This document shows positions 47,956-56,714 of a stretch of DNA of 64,000 nucleotides, piece after piece. Numbering within the stretch: the stretch's first letter is position 1; every line of letters begins with the position of its first letter. Origin of the DNA: an uncultured Bacilli bacterium (lineage in GTDB: Bacteria > Bacillota_I > Bacilli_A > RF39 > UBA660); the NCBI GenBank assembly GCA_947630105.1, contig CANRGD010000002.1:258-64257 (forward strand), in the 5' to 3' direction. A model generated the notes under the pieces. It was not told the DNA's origin. It did no database searches and was given only the letters and a program-made list of their open reading frames with translations. A program made the position numbers and the translations under genes.

Positions 47956-48201
47956 CTACTTATTACTTCTAGAAGTAATAATATCTACCATTTCACCAAC
48001 ATTTTTCATAGATGTTACTTCATTCATATTAAATTTCATTCCAAATTCTTGTTCTATCGCAACTATTAAATTAATATGCTCTAAACTATCCCAATCTTCT
48101 ATATCAGCTGAAGTTGTATCTGCGTTTACAACTATTGTTTCATCATCAAATATATCTCTAAAAACATTATTTAATCTTTCATAAATTTCTTCTTTTTTCA
48201 T
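47956..48201 (-). CDS. Acyl/peptidyl carrier protein (DltC-like)
   Basis: 81-aa protein with EDWDSLEHINLIVAIEQEFG. The DSL serine is the phosphopantetheine attachment site. Confidence 0.9.
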   Translation of the reverse strand: MKKEEIYERLNNVFRDIFDDETIVVNADTTSADIEDWDSLEHINLIVAIEQEFGMKFNMNEVTSMKNVGEMVDIITSRSNK

Positions 48202-48204
48202 AAT

Positions 48205-49980
48205 TTAAATCACCTCTATAACATTATTTTTATTTTCATAATTAGCTAGCTCTAATTTATAAGTTTTATTGCCTTTAGAATCAGTTGATACTAATTCAAA
48301 ACCTAAATCATCATAAAAGTCTTTAACCATTTTATTCTTTTGAGTAGGATAATAGTAGCCATAAATTGTTGTGATTTTTTTGGCAGTTGCTCTTTTTACA
48401 AGTTCATCCATCATGGCTAATTCCATATTTCTTTTTAAAACTCGACAACTCATTATCCATAAGTCAAGATGTAATTCGGTCTTATTTTTAATATTACCAA
48501 TCACAACAGTTATTACACCATTATCTCCAAATATATCTTCTAATTTTCCATATATTTTAATATAATCATCACTATTAGCAACTTCTTCTATGTCAGCTAG
48601 AGAATATCTTTTAGTAGTTAAATTAAACTGATTACTCTTATTACTAAGTTGGGATATTCTTTCTAAATATATTGGTTTAAATGTAGAAATTTCCGCTACC
48701 ATTTTTAATGATTTTAAATAATCATCATAATTATCAAATGTGGCCATCATTTGACTTCTTTTAGCATTATCTTTATATAATTCAGTCTTTTTTATGTCTT
48801 CTTCACTAAAATTGGTTACTTCAAAATAAGCATTTTTATCAATTATTCTTATATAATTTTCTGGAATATCTATTTCAGGAGTAGCGATTCCTTCTATATA
48901 TGTTTTAACTATTTTTCTTTCTGCGGGATTGTCATCTACAAAGACAAAGCTATCAGCACCTAAATTTAATTCTTCGGCTATATCTTTAGTATTAATATTT
49001 TTAGGATTCCAGTTAGCTTTTATAATTATAAAATCTTCAGGTTTTAAATTACCTGCTGGATGATTTAGTCCGGCTATAGCATTTTCATAATCATTTTTGG
49101 AGTTAACATTTAAAATAATTCCTAATTTCTTATGTTCTTTTAAATATTGCTGGAATTCCAAGTAAACTTGACCACTAGGAACTTCAGGTCCAATACTTAA
49201 ATTATCAACTCCATCATCGCCAACTATTCCACCCCATAAGGTGTTATCTAAATCAAGTACAAAGGCTTTTTTATTTTTTCCATATATTGATTTAATAATA
49301 TTGGCGATATTAAATGCTAAATATGGTATTGCTGGTACTTCCATAGCATATTTATACATATGCCAATAAAATTGATTAGCCCATTTATCAAGTCCATAGC
49401 AAGATGAAACATAATTAATATCATTTATAAAAAAATTTTTAGTTGTATTAGCATAATCATAAAATTTTTGATTAAGTCTAGTAATAAAATTAATTCTACC
49501 ATGAATATCACTAGCATCTTTATTTCCAAGTAAGCGGTAATAAGGATATTCAAAATTATTTTGAATAATAGTAGCATTAAAGTTTTTTAATAACGAGTTC
49601 CATACTTTTTCAAATTTAGTATATTCTGCTTGCAACATTTCTTCAACTGTTTTATTATCATCTAAAACAGAGGGATAATTAGTAATATTTCTATTAGTAG
49701 TATGAATATAAATTATATCTGGATTAAAGTTATTTAATTTTTCATTTCCAAATACAGCATCTTCATAAAATTTATTATATTCTGACTCATAAAAATTAGG
49801 TTTTATTCCATAATTTAGTAAAAATATTTCTAACATATTTTTAATTTCACTAGTAGTGGAGCCTCCTAATATAGCAATATTTTTAGATAGTAAATTTTCT
49901 TTTTGTAATAGTTGCTTTTTTATTTTCTTCTTATTTTTAATTAAAAATTCTGAATCAAAGGGATATTCTAGTTCATTCAT
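48205..49980 (-). CDS. FkbH-like HAD-IIIC family protein (putative carrier-protein loading enzyme) with a ~250-aa N-terminal extension
   Basis: AFVLDLDNTLWGGIVGDDG is the HAD DxDxT nucleophile motif in its FkbH/IIIC form. It also has VDDNPAER and a C-terminal DLWIMSCRVLKRNME (FkbH-type Cys region). Start taken at ATG 49980 (MNELEY) behind GGTGA. Confidence 0.7.
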   Translation of the reverse strand: MNELEYPFDSEFLIKNKKKIKKQLLQKENLLSKNIAILGGSTTSEIKNMLEIFLLNYGIKPNFYESEYNKFYEDAVFGNEKLNNFNPDIIYIHTTNRNITNYPSVLDDNKTVEEMLQAEYTKFEKVWNSLLKNFNATIIQNNFEYPYYRLLGNKDASDIHGRINFITRLNQKFYDYANTTKNFFINDINYVSSCYGLDKWANQFYWHMYKYAMEVPAIPYLAFNIANIIKSIYGKNKKAFVLDLDNTLWGGIVGDDGVDNLSIGPEVPSGQVYLEFQQYLKEHKKLGIILNVNSKNDYENAIAGLNHPAGNLKPEDFIIIKANWNPKNINTKDIAEELNLGADSFVFVDDNPAERKIVKTYIEGIATPEIDIPENYIRIIDKNAYFEVTNFSEEDIKKTELYKDNAKRSQMMATFDNYDDYLKSLKMVAEISTFKPIYLERISQLSNKSNQFNLTTKRYSLADIEEVANSDDYIKIYGKLEDIFGDNGVITVVIGNIKNKTELHLDLWIMSCRVLKRNMELAMMDELVKRATAKKITTIYGYYYPTQKNKMVKDFYDDLGFELVSTDSKGNKTYKLELANYENKNNVIEVI

Positions 49981-50060
49981 ACTTTTCACCATATTTATAA
50001 TAACATATCCGTATTTTATTATCAATAAAAACATAGTATAATTCAATTAGGAGGGATATT

Positions 50061-50372
50061 ATGAAAATAGGTTGTGATATTGTAAAAAATGAAAGATTAC
50101 AAAATAAAAACAGGCGATTTATAGACTTAATTCTTACTAAAAAAGAACAAGAGGAATATAAAAAAAAGGGTCTATTTTATTTATGCGGAAGATTTGCTTG
50201 TAAAGAAGCAATAATGAAAGCTTTAGATAATACTAAAAAATTAACTTATTTAGATTTGGAAATATTAAATAAAGAAGATGGAAGTCCTTATTGTGTTAAT
50301 TATGATAATATTAAAATAACTATTTCTCATGAAAAAGAATATACAATGGCTGTTGCATTGGTGGAAGAATAA
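50061..50372 (+). CDS. acpS: Holo-[acyl-carrier-protein] synthase (AcpS-type PPTase), short form
   Basis: IGCDIV...LTKKEQEEY...CGRFACKEAIMKAL...LEILNKEDGSPY...ISHEKEYTMAVALVE aligns with the AcpS pattern (IGxDI, GRFAAKEA, G.P, SISH). AGGAGGG RBS. Confidence 0.8.
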   Translation: MKIGCDIVKNERLQNKNRRFIDLILTKKEQEEYKKKGLFYLCGRFACKEAIMKALDNTKKLTYLDLEILNKEDGSPYCVNYDNIKITISHEKEYTMAVALVEE

Positions 50373-50413
50373 TTATATTAAAATTATCTCAAGAAAAAAG
50401 AAGATTGCTCTTC

Positions 50414-50980
50414 TTAATCAAATACTACATTAGGAATATCCTTTTTACTATCATCAGCTTCAAAATAATCAACATCATCAAAGTCAAATATTTCGGCTAA
50501 TATATTTGTAGGGATAGATTTTACTTTTTTATTATATTTACTGGCAATATCATTATAATCTTTTTTAGCAACTGCTATTCTATTTTCAGTACCAGCTAAT
50601 TCATCTTGTAAATTTATAAAATTTTCATTAGCTTTTAAATCGGGATAATTTTCAACAATTACCATTAAGGCATCAATTGCTTTACTTAATTCAGTATTTG
50701 CTTTACTCTTATCTTCTACATCATCTGCTCTTAATAGTCTTTCTCTTGCTGTTGTAACTCGATCAATTACAGTTTCTTCATGTTTTACATAACCTTTAAC
50801 AGTACTTACTAAGTTTGGTATTAAATCAGCTCGTCTTTCTAGTTGAACATCTATATTAGAAAATTGATTAACAACATCTTCTCTTAATCCAACTAAATTA
50901 TTATATCCAGTTACTCCCCATAATATTATTAATAAAATAATTGCTATAATAGAAATTATAATTATATAACTTTTTTTCAT
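50414..50980 (-). CDS. LemA family protein (second copy)
   Basis: TM segment followed by GYNNLVGLREDVVNQFSNIDVQLERRADLIPN...ENYPDLKANENF...AVAKKDYN. Confidence 0.9.
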   Translation of the reverse strand: MKKSYIIIISIIAIILLIILWGVTGYNNLVGLREDVVNQFSNIDVQLERRADLIPNLVSTVKGYVKHEETVIDRVTTARERLLRADDVEDKSKANTELSKAIDALMVIVENYPDLKANENFINLQDELAGTENRIAVAKKDYNDIASKYNKKVKSIPTNILAEIFDFDDVDYFEADDSKKDIPNVVFD

Positions 50981-51095
50981 ATTTTTAGTTCCTCCTAGTA
51001 TGATTATAACATAAAGTATTTATTTGACAATAAAATATATGAATATTTTTTTGTATATATGTGGTAAAATATAAATATGGTAAGGTGGAGTAAGA

Positions 51096-52049
51096 ATGAA
51101 TGATTTATTAAATTATAAAGATAAAATATGTGTAGTAACAGGATGTGCATCAGGTATTGGTAAAGCTTGTAGTGAAATATTAATAAATTTAGGAGCTAAA
51201 GTTTATGCTTTAGATCGTAATGAATTTATAAATGAAAAAGTAACTTTTATTAAAGTTGATTTAAATAATAAAGAAAGTATTGATAAAGCATTTAAAAAAA
51301 TTCCTAATCATATTGACTCTTTTTTTGGAGTCGCTGGATTATCAGGAGCTATAACTAATTATTATACAACTTTTACAGTAAATTTTATTGCTAATAAATA
51401 TATTACAGAAGAATACTTAAAAAAACGTATGACTCAAGGAAGTAGTATTTGCTATGTTACGTCTTGTGGTGGTTTGCATTGGGAAAAATATTATCAAGAA
51501 TTTGAAGATTTTATTTTAGCTGAATCTTGGGAGGAAATGATGGATCTTTTATATGAACAAGCTAATGAAGACACCGTAGGAATTATGGCATATCCTTTAT
51601 CTAAAAGAGCAATGAATTATTATATGGCAAAAGAGGCTGTCGAATTAGGAGATGCTGGTATTAGAGTTAATTCTCTTCTACCAGGTAGTACTGATACCGG
51701 AATGACCGCTGAATTTGAAGTTGAAGCTGGAGGAAATGATGCGTTAATTGCGGAGACTGGTGTAGCTAGAAGATTAGCAACTCCAGAAGAAATGGCATTA
51801 CCTTTAATATTTTTAAATAGTGATATGGCAGGATTTGTAAGTGGCATACCATTTATCGTTGATTATGGAAGTAATGCTTTAGTTAATTTAAAAGTAAAAA
51901 AAGATCGTATGGACACTAAAGTGGGATCAAAATTATTAAATTTAAAATTTGTGCAAAATATATTAAAAAAGAAATTAGAACCACTTACTGAACAAAAAGA
52001 AAATGATGAACAAGAAGATAATACTACTACTGATGAAGAGGTTTTATAA
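51096..52049 (+). CDS. SDR family oxidoreductase with an acidic C-terminal tail
   Basis: VTGCASGIGKA (TGxxxGxG) and YPLSKRA (YxxxK). The tail is EQKENDEQEDNTTTDEE. Confidence 0.85.
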   Translation: MNDLLNYKDKICVVTGCASGIGKACSEILINLGAKVYALDRNEFINEKVTFIKVDLNNKESIDKAFKKIPNHIDSFFGVAGLSGAITNYYTTFTVNFIANKYITEEYLKKRMTQGSSICYVTSCGGLHWEKYYQEFEDFILAESWEEMMDLLYEQANEDTVGIMAYPLSKRAMNYYMAKEAVELGDAGIRVNSLLPGSTDTGMTAEFEVEAGGNDALIAETGVARRLATPEEMALPLIFLNSDMAGFVSGIPFIVDYGSNALVNLKVKKDRMDTKVGSKLLNLKFVQNILKKKLEPLTEQKENDEQEDNTTTDEEVL

Positions 52050-52142
52050 CTTTTTAGATTCATCAGCATCATGAGCTAATTTCATGGAACAATAAAGAAA
52101 TAAAATTATAATAAATATTATAAATATAAATAAAAATTTCAT
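52044..52142 (-). CDS. Putative 32-aa membrane micro-protein
   Basis: MKFLFIFIIFIIILFLYCSMKLAHDADESKKL with an AGGAGG RBS 7 nt upstream and a TTTACA-16/17-TATATA promoter-like sequence. Not in the ORF track because of its size. Confidence 0.35.
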   Translation of the reverse strand: MKFLFIFIIFIIILFLYCSMKLAHDADESKKL

Positions 52143-52314
52143 AATAAACCTCCTAAATCTACTACTGGTTGTTTTTTGTTATATAATATGTACTTATTAA
52201 TTGTAAAGTTGGGGATTTGCCTCATTAACAGAAAAATCTTTTTAAAAAATATTATTTTTATTACTAGTTTTAAATTATTTAAGAATTTTATTACAAAAAA
52301 AGTTGTTTTTTAAC

Positions 52315-52348
52315 ATAAAAAGACATTATCTTTATTTCGATAAGGTCT
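52315..52348 (-). terminator. Rho-independent terminator ending the glycopolymer operon
   Basis: Minus-strand stem AGACCTTATC / GATAATGTCT (one mismatch) followed by TTTTAT. It begins within the LCP stop codon. Confidence 0.65.
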
Positions 52349-54093
52349 TAATTTTTAACAACTTTTTTAATTTGCTTACTTGCAGTGGCAACTGTTTGTA
52401 AATTTGGTTCCATAACCCAATCAACATAATTTGTCATATGAACATAATCTTTTTTGTCTGTTCCATCTACAGCTTGTTCTATGATTTTCCATTTTCCTTT
52501 ATTATCTAAAGTAGTCTTAGCTAAATTATTAATTACTTCTCTTGGAATAGATGTTTCATATAAATTACTAAAAGAATCAAGAATATTGGTATAATTTGTA
52601 ATAGTATTAACATTATTTAATTTTTTAATAATTGCTAATAGGATTTGCCGACAGTTTTCTTGGCGAGCTCTATCTCTACCAGGTAAAGCTATTCTTTCTC
52701 TAGCTATAGTTAAGGCTTCAATACCATTAACATCTTGACAACCTTTTTTTACATATAATTTTTTACCTACTGTATCATTGTAAGTATTTAAAACTAAGGC
52801 ATGAGTCGTTTTAAATTCATAATCACTACAGAATGTTATTCCACCAATAGAATCAACTACTTCTACTAAACTAGTAGTATTTACTTTTATATAATAATCT
52901 ATTTTTATATCAAATAGATTTTCTAGAGCATGAATAGAAGTTTCTATTCCATAAGGTCCCATGTAACTTAAAGTATCTTTTTTACCATTATATTCTTTTA
53001 ATTCTAGATAATAATCACGAGGAATACTAGTCATTATAACTTTACTAGTACGCATATTAATACTAACAATCATATTAAAGTCCATATTAGTATTTGTAAA
53101 ATCAGTTCCTCCAATATATATATTAAATTCTTCTTTGGCTTCATTATTTTCTAGCTTTGTTTTAGATTTTACATCAATAGATAAAAGTACTTTAAAATCT
53201 TCTTCTTTTAAATTTTTATCTAATTCAAAAACTAAACTATAAGAAGATTTTTCAACATACATAAAATCTATTTTATTATTTTTTACATCAGTAAACATGG
53301 ATGTGACATCATCATAGGCTTGCAGATTAACTTCATATAATTTTTCTAATTCTTGATTAGCTTTTTTGATATTAGAAGTGTTTTTATAATATGCAACATC
53401 TCCTTCTATATCATATTTGGTATTTGAAGATGTAGCATTAGTTATAATATAATAAGTATTTGTATTTACTAAATATTCACTATTAAATGATTTATTTAAG
53501 AAATTATTCGTATTATGAAGATAATAACTTCCTGCTGTATTTATAATTATAGAAATTAATATAATAAATAGTGCTAAAACTTTTAAAAACTTTTTCTTAG
53601 AATTAAGTAAAAGAAAAGCAATAAATTGAATAAAGAGTAAAATAATTGATAAAATAATTAAATACATTGTGGGAATAATATTTAATTTTATAACTAAAAT
53701 TAAAAAGACTATTAAACAAATAAAACTAATTAGGGGAATAATATTTATTTTTTTTAGACGTTTTTTTACAACTACTTTTTTAGGTTTACTAGTAGTTTCA
53801 TATTCATCGTCGATTTTTATTTCTTCATCTTTATTATCTTCTTCATTTTCTACTAAGTCAGCTTGTTCTTTTAATGGTTTTCTATGACTTTTTTCTTCTT
53901 GTTTTAGTTTTTGCAAAATTTTATCTATATTTTCATCTTCTTCATATTCATCAGAAACTAAATCTGAATAATTAATTTCTTTTACTTTTTCATCAGTTTC
54001 TTCATCTAATATTTCAATTTCTTGTTCATATATTTTTTTGTTTTTAGTTTCACGACTTTCTTTTTCATGATTTTCATCTTTATACTTATTCAT
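52348..54093 (-). CDS. LCP (LytR-CpsA-Psr) family glycopolymer ligase with a long acidic N-terminal extension
   Basis: An LCP core (MTSIPRDYYL...TLSYMGPYG...VDSIGGITF...ALTIARER...RDRARQENCRQIL) follows about 110 acidic/Lys-rich residues and 2-3 TM segments. Confidence 0.85.
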   Translation of the reverse strand: MNKYKDENHEKESRETKNKKIYEQEIEILDEETDEKVKEINYSDLVSDEYEEDENIDKILQKLKQEEKSHRKPLKEQADLVENEEDNKDEEIKIDDEYETTSKPKKVVVKKRLKKINIIPLISFICLIVFLILVIKLNIIPTMYLIILSIILLFIQFIAFLLLNSKKKFLKVLALFIILISIIINTAGSYYLHNTNNFLNKSFNSEYLVNTNTYYIITNATSSNTKYDIEGDVAYYKNTSNIKKANQELEKLYEVNLQAYDDVTSMFTDVKNNKIDFMYVEKSSYSLVFELDKNLKEEDFKVLLSIDVKSKTKLENNEAKEEFNIYIGGTDFTNTNMDFNMIVSINMRTSKVIMTSIPRDYYLELKEYNGKKDTLSYMGPYGIETSIHALENLFDIKIDYYIKVNTTSLVEVVDSIGGITFCSDYEFKTTHALVLNTYNDTVGKKLYVKKGCQDVNGIEALTIARERIALPGRDRARQENCRQILLAIIKKLNNVNTITNYTNILDSFSNLYETSIPREVINNLAKTTLDNKGKWKIIEQAVDGTDKKDYVHMTNYVDWVMEPNLQTVATASKQIKKVVKN

Positions 54094-54136
54094 AGGAACC
54101 TCTTTTCTATTCTTATAATGCCTTTTAAGATTATAT

Positions 54137-54604
54137 TTATAACATCTTTAATAATTTAGTATTAATTATTTCTCCTACAGCTGATTCATTACATTTATTA
54201 GGGGAAATATAATCAACAATATTTTTTATTTTTTCTATTGCGTCATTAGGACAAGCTTTAAAGCCACAATTAAGCATAGCTTCATAATCATTTTCATCGT
54301 CACCTATATAAGCGACATTGTCATAGGTTAAATTTTTGGCTGATAAAAGTTCATCTATTTTTTCTTTTTTATTAATTATATTTTGATAAACTTCACAAAT
54401 ATTCATTTCTTTAGCTCTATTTTCTACTATTTTTGATGTTCTTTTAGTTATTATTACAGTTGTAACTCCTAAAGAGGGCAATTTTTGTAGTGGTATAGTA
54501 TCATGACAATTAAAAGCTTTCATAGCTTCTCCATTAGGTCCCATATAAATTTTTCCATCTGTTAAAGTTCCATCAACATCTAAAATTAACATTTTTATTT
54601 TCAT
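54137..54604 (-). CDS. KdsC-like HAD-IIIA sugar-acid phosphate phosphatase
   Basis: LILDVDGTLTDGKIYMGPNGEAMKAFNCHD and YIGDDENDYEAM. The size (155 aa) and motifs match the KdsC / N-acylneuraminate-9-P phosphatase family. Confidence 0.8.
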   Translation of the reverse strand: MKIKMLILDVDGTLTDGKIYMGPNGEAMKAFNCHDTIPLQKLPSLGVTTVIITKRTSKIVENRAKEMNICEVYQNIINKKEKIDELLSAKNLTYDNVAYIGDDENDYEAMLNCGFKACPNDAIEKIKNIVDYISPNKCNESAVGEIINTKLLKML

Positions 54605-54620
54605 ACTTCACATCCTAATT

Positions 54621-55067
54621 TTACTTTTTTATATGTTTTTTTTCATACTCAACTATAGCATCAACCTTGGGGCCTGATCTTTTATTATAAACATAGCGAC
54701 AAGTAAAATAAGCATCTACTAATTCAAGGGCTAATTTATTGCCAATTGTTTGACTTCCTAAAGTAATGATATTACAGTTATTACTTAAACATGCTCGTTT
54801 GGCAGAGTAAACATCTGTTACATTAGCAGCATAAGCTCCATTTACTTTGTTAGCTGCAATCATCATTCCTATTCCAGTACCACAAATTAAAATACCTCTT
54901 TCGTATTCTTCATTAGCAACAGCTTCGGCTACTTTTATAGCTACATTAGCGTAAATAGGATCATCACTACCAAAATCTGTAACATCATGTCCTATATCTT
55001 TTAAAAATAAGGCAACTTCATTTTTTAATTTTTTGGCATTAGGATCACATCCAATTGCTACTTTCAT
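54621..55067 (-). CDS. RpiB/LacA/LacB family sugar-phosphate isomerase
   Basis: MKVAIGCDPNAKKLK...GILICGTGIGMMIAANK...NNCNIITLG in a 148-aa protein. Confidence 0.85.
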   Translation of the reverse strand: MKVAIGCDPNAKKLKNEVALFLKDIGHDVTDFGSDDPIYANVAIKVAEAVANEEYERGILICGTGIGMMIAANKVNGAYAANVTDVYSAKRACLSNNCNIITLGSQTIGNKLALELVDAYFTCRYVYNKRSGPKVDAIVEYEKKHIKK

Positions 55068-55095
55068 ATCTTAATATATCCTTTCAATTTTTATT

Positions 55096-56709
55096 TTATT
55101 TATTTTTTAAACAGCTACTAAATCTTGACTTAGTAATTAGAGTTATTGGTTCTTTGTGTTTCCTTGTTTCCATATAATCTCTTAACATCTTAGCTGTATC
55201 TTCATTAATGATTTTAAAGTCTTCTTTTACTTTTAATAATTCTAAATCTTTTGTGGCATAATTTTCTTTTCCTATATCATAACCATCAAATCCTGCAATA
55301 TTAATTGACTTAACATTTAATAAATCTAGTAATCTCATTAAAAGAATTGTGGAATTATCTAAATGTTCCCATCCACATTTAACTAATCTAGAAAATGATA
55401 CAATATATTCATTATCACTTGTTGCTTTGTTTTTGATATTAGATGTTATTATTTTATTTTTATTATATGATTCTAGTTTTTCTAATGAACTATATCTTCT
55501 TGTATTACTTATATAAACATAATCTATATTAATATTTTCTGGAATAAAACTAATTGATATAATTGTAGGCCTATATTGATTTATAAAATTTTGAATTTTT
55601 TTGTGTTCTTCTTTAATAGAATATCCTGGAGAAAGTATTAATATATCTTTTCCTTGAAGTTCTTGTTGTAATCTTTTGATAGTTTTTGCGTCATCTATAT
55701 CAGATGACATATATTTTAAATATGTTTCTTCTAAGAGATTATGAATAGCTTTTTTTCTAGCAATAGAACCAACTTGATTTAATATATATCTCATATCTTT
55801 TGAATGAATACTACTTTTATTTGCTAAATATTGAATATTATCTACATGACAACCATATGCTCCAGCAATAAAATATTCAGTATTATATCCCCAATTACAT
55901 TTTGTACGAATGTTGTCCATGTAATCATCAATAATATCAAGTAGGGAATCCATGTCATAATTATATTCCCATTTTGTATTTAAATACTGGGCAATTAATT
56001 CTGTTGGAGTATTACCTGCTCCTCTTCCCATTCCTGAAATAGTTCCATCTATTATTACATCTCTTTTACCAAAAGTCATACGAGCAAATTCTTGAGATAA
56101 GGAATTGGATAATTGCATATTATTGTGTGAATGAAATCCTATTCTACATGTTGATACTAAATTATGATTAATTATTTCAAATATTCTATGTAAATCTTCT
56201 TGATACATTGACCCAAAAGTATCAACAATAGAAAAACAGTAAGGCTCTATTTCATTTACTAATTTTATTAAATCTAATAATTCTTCATCCGTATAACCTA
56301 AAATATCTACTGGTTGAACAAATAATTTATAGCCTTTTTCTTTTATTTTTTTACAATTTTCTAATGCTTTAAACCTTTCATCTTTTTTAAAGCATTCACG
56401 TATTCCATCAATAGATTTAGGATCACAATTATCTAAATTATCAAGTGTATATCTACTATAATCAGATAAAACTGTAAAAAGGCAACCATTTTTATCTTTT
56501 GGAATATACTTTTTAACTTCTTTCGAATTTTTATATACAGTTTTTCCTGTCCCTGTTTCAGTATCTTGAAAAAAGCCTACTTCTATTATGTCAATTTTAG
56601 CTTTAACCAAACCGGAAATAATTCCTAATATGTTATTTTCGCCAAAATTCTTATTTAATAAATAAGCTCCATCTCTTAATGTACAATCTAATAATTTTAC
56701 ATGTTTCAT
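55096..56709 (-). CDS. DRE-TIM (HMGL-like) pyruvate-aldolase domain fused to a ~200-aa C-terminal domain of unknown function
   Basis: LLDCTLRDGAY (DxxxRDG), IGFHSHNN (HxH metal site) and ISGMGRGAGNTPTE, as in 4-hydroxy-2-oxovalerate aldolase / isopropylmalate synthase catalytic domains. The C-terminal part ends in ...SINIAGFDGY.... Confidence 0.7.
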   Translation of the reverse strand: MKHVKLLDCTLRDGAYLLNKNFGENNILGIISGLVKAKIDIIEVGFFQDTETGTGKTVYKNSKEVKKYIPKDKNGCLFTVLSDYSRYTLDNLDNCDPKSIDGIRECFKKDERFKALENCKKIKEKGYKLFVQPVDILGYTDEELLDLIKLVNEIEPYCFSIVDTFGSMYQEDLHRIFEIINHNLVSTCRIGFHSHNNMQLSNSLSQEFARMTFGKRDVIIDGTISGMGRGAGNTPTELIAQYLNTKWEYNYDMDSLLDIIDDYMDNIRTKCNWGYNTEYFIAGAYGCHVDNIQYLANKSSIHSKDMRYILNQVGSIARKKAIHNLLEETYLKYMSSDIDDAKTIKRLQQELQGKDILILSPGYSIKEEHKKIQNFINQYRPTIISISFIPENINIDYVYISNTRRYSSLEKLESYNKNKIITSNIKNKATSDNEYIVSFSRLVKCGWEHLDNSTILLMRLLDLLNVKSINIAGFDGYDIGKENYATKDLELLKVKEDFKIINEDTAKMLRDYMETRKHKEPITLITKSRFSSCLKNK

Positions 56710-56714
56710 TTTTA

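Noticed and set aside
47921-48184. 87-aa + strand ORF across the carrier-protein gene
   Set aside because: It is antisense to an ORF with a textbook DSL carrier-protein motif, and its translation has no recognisable features.
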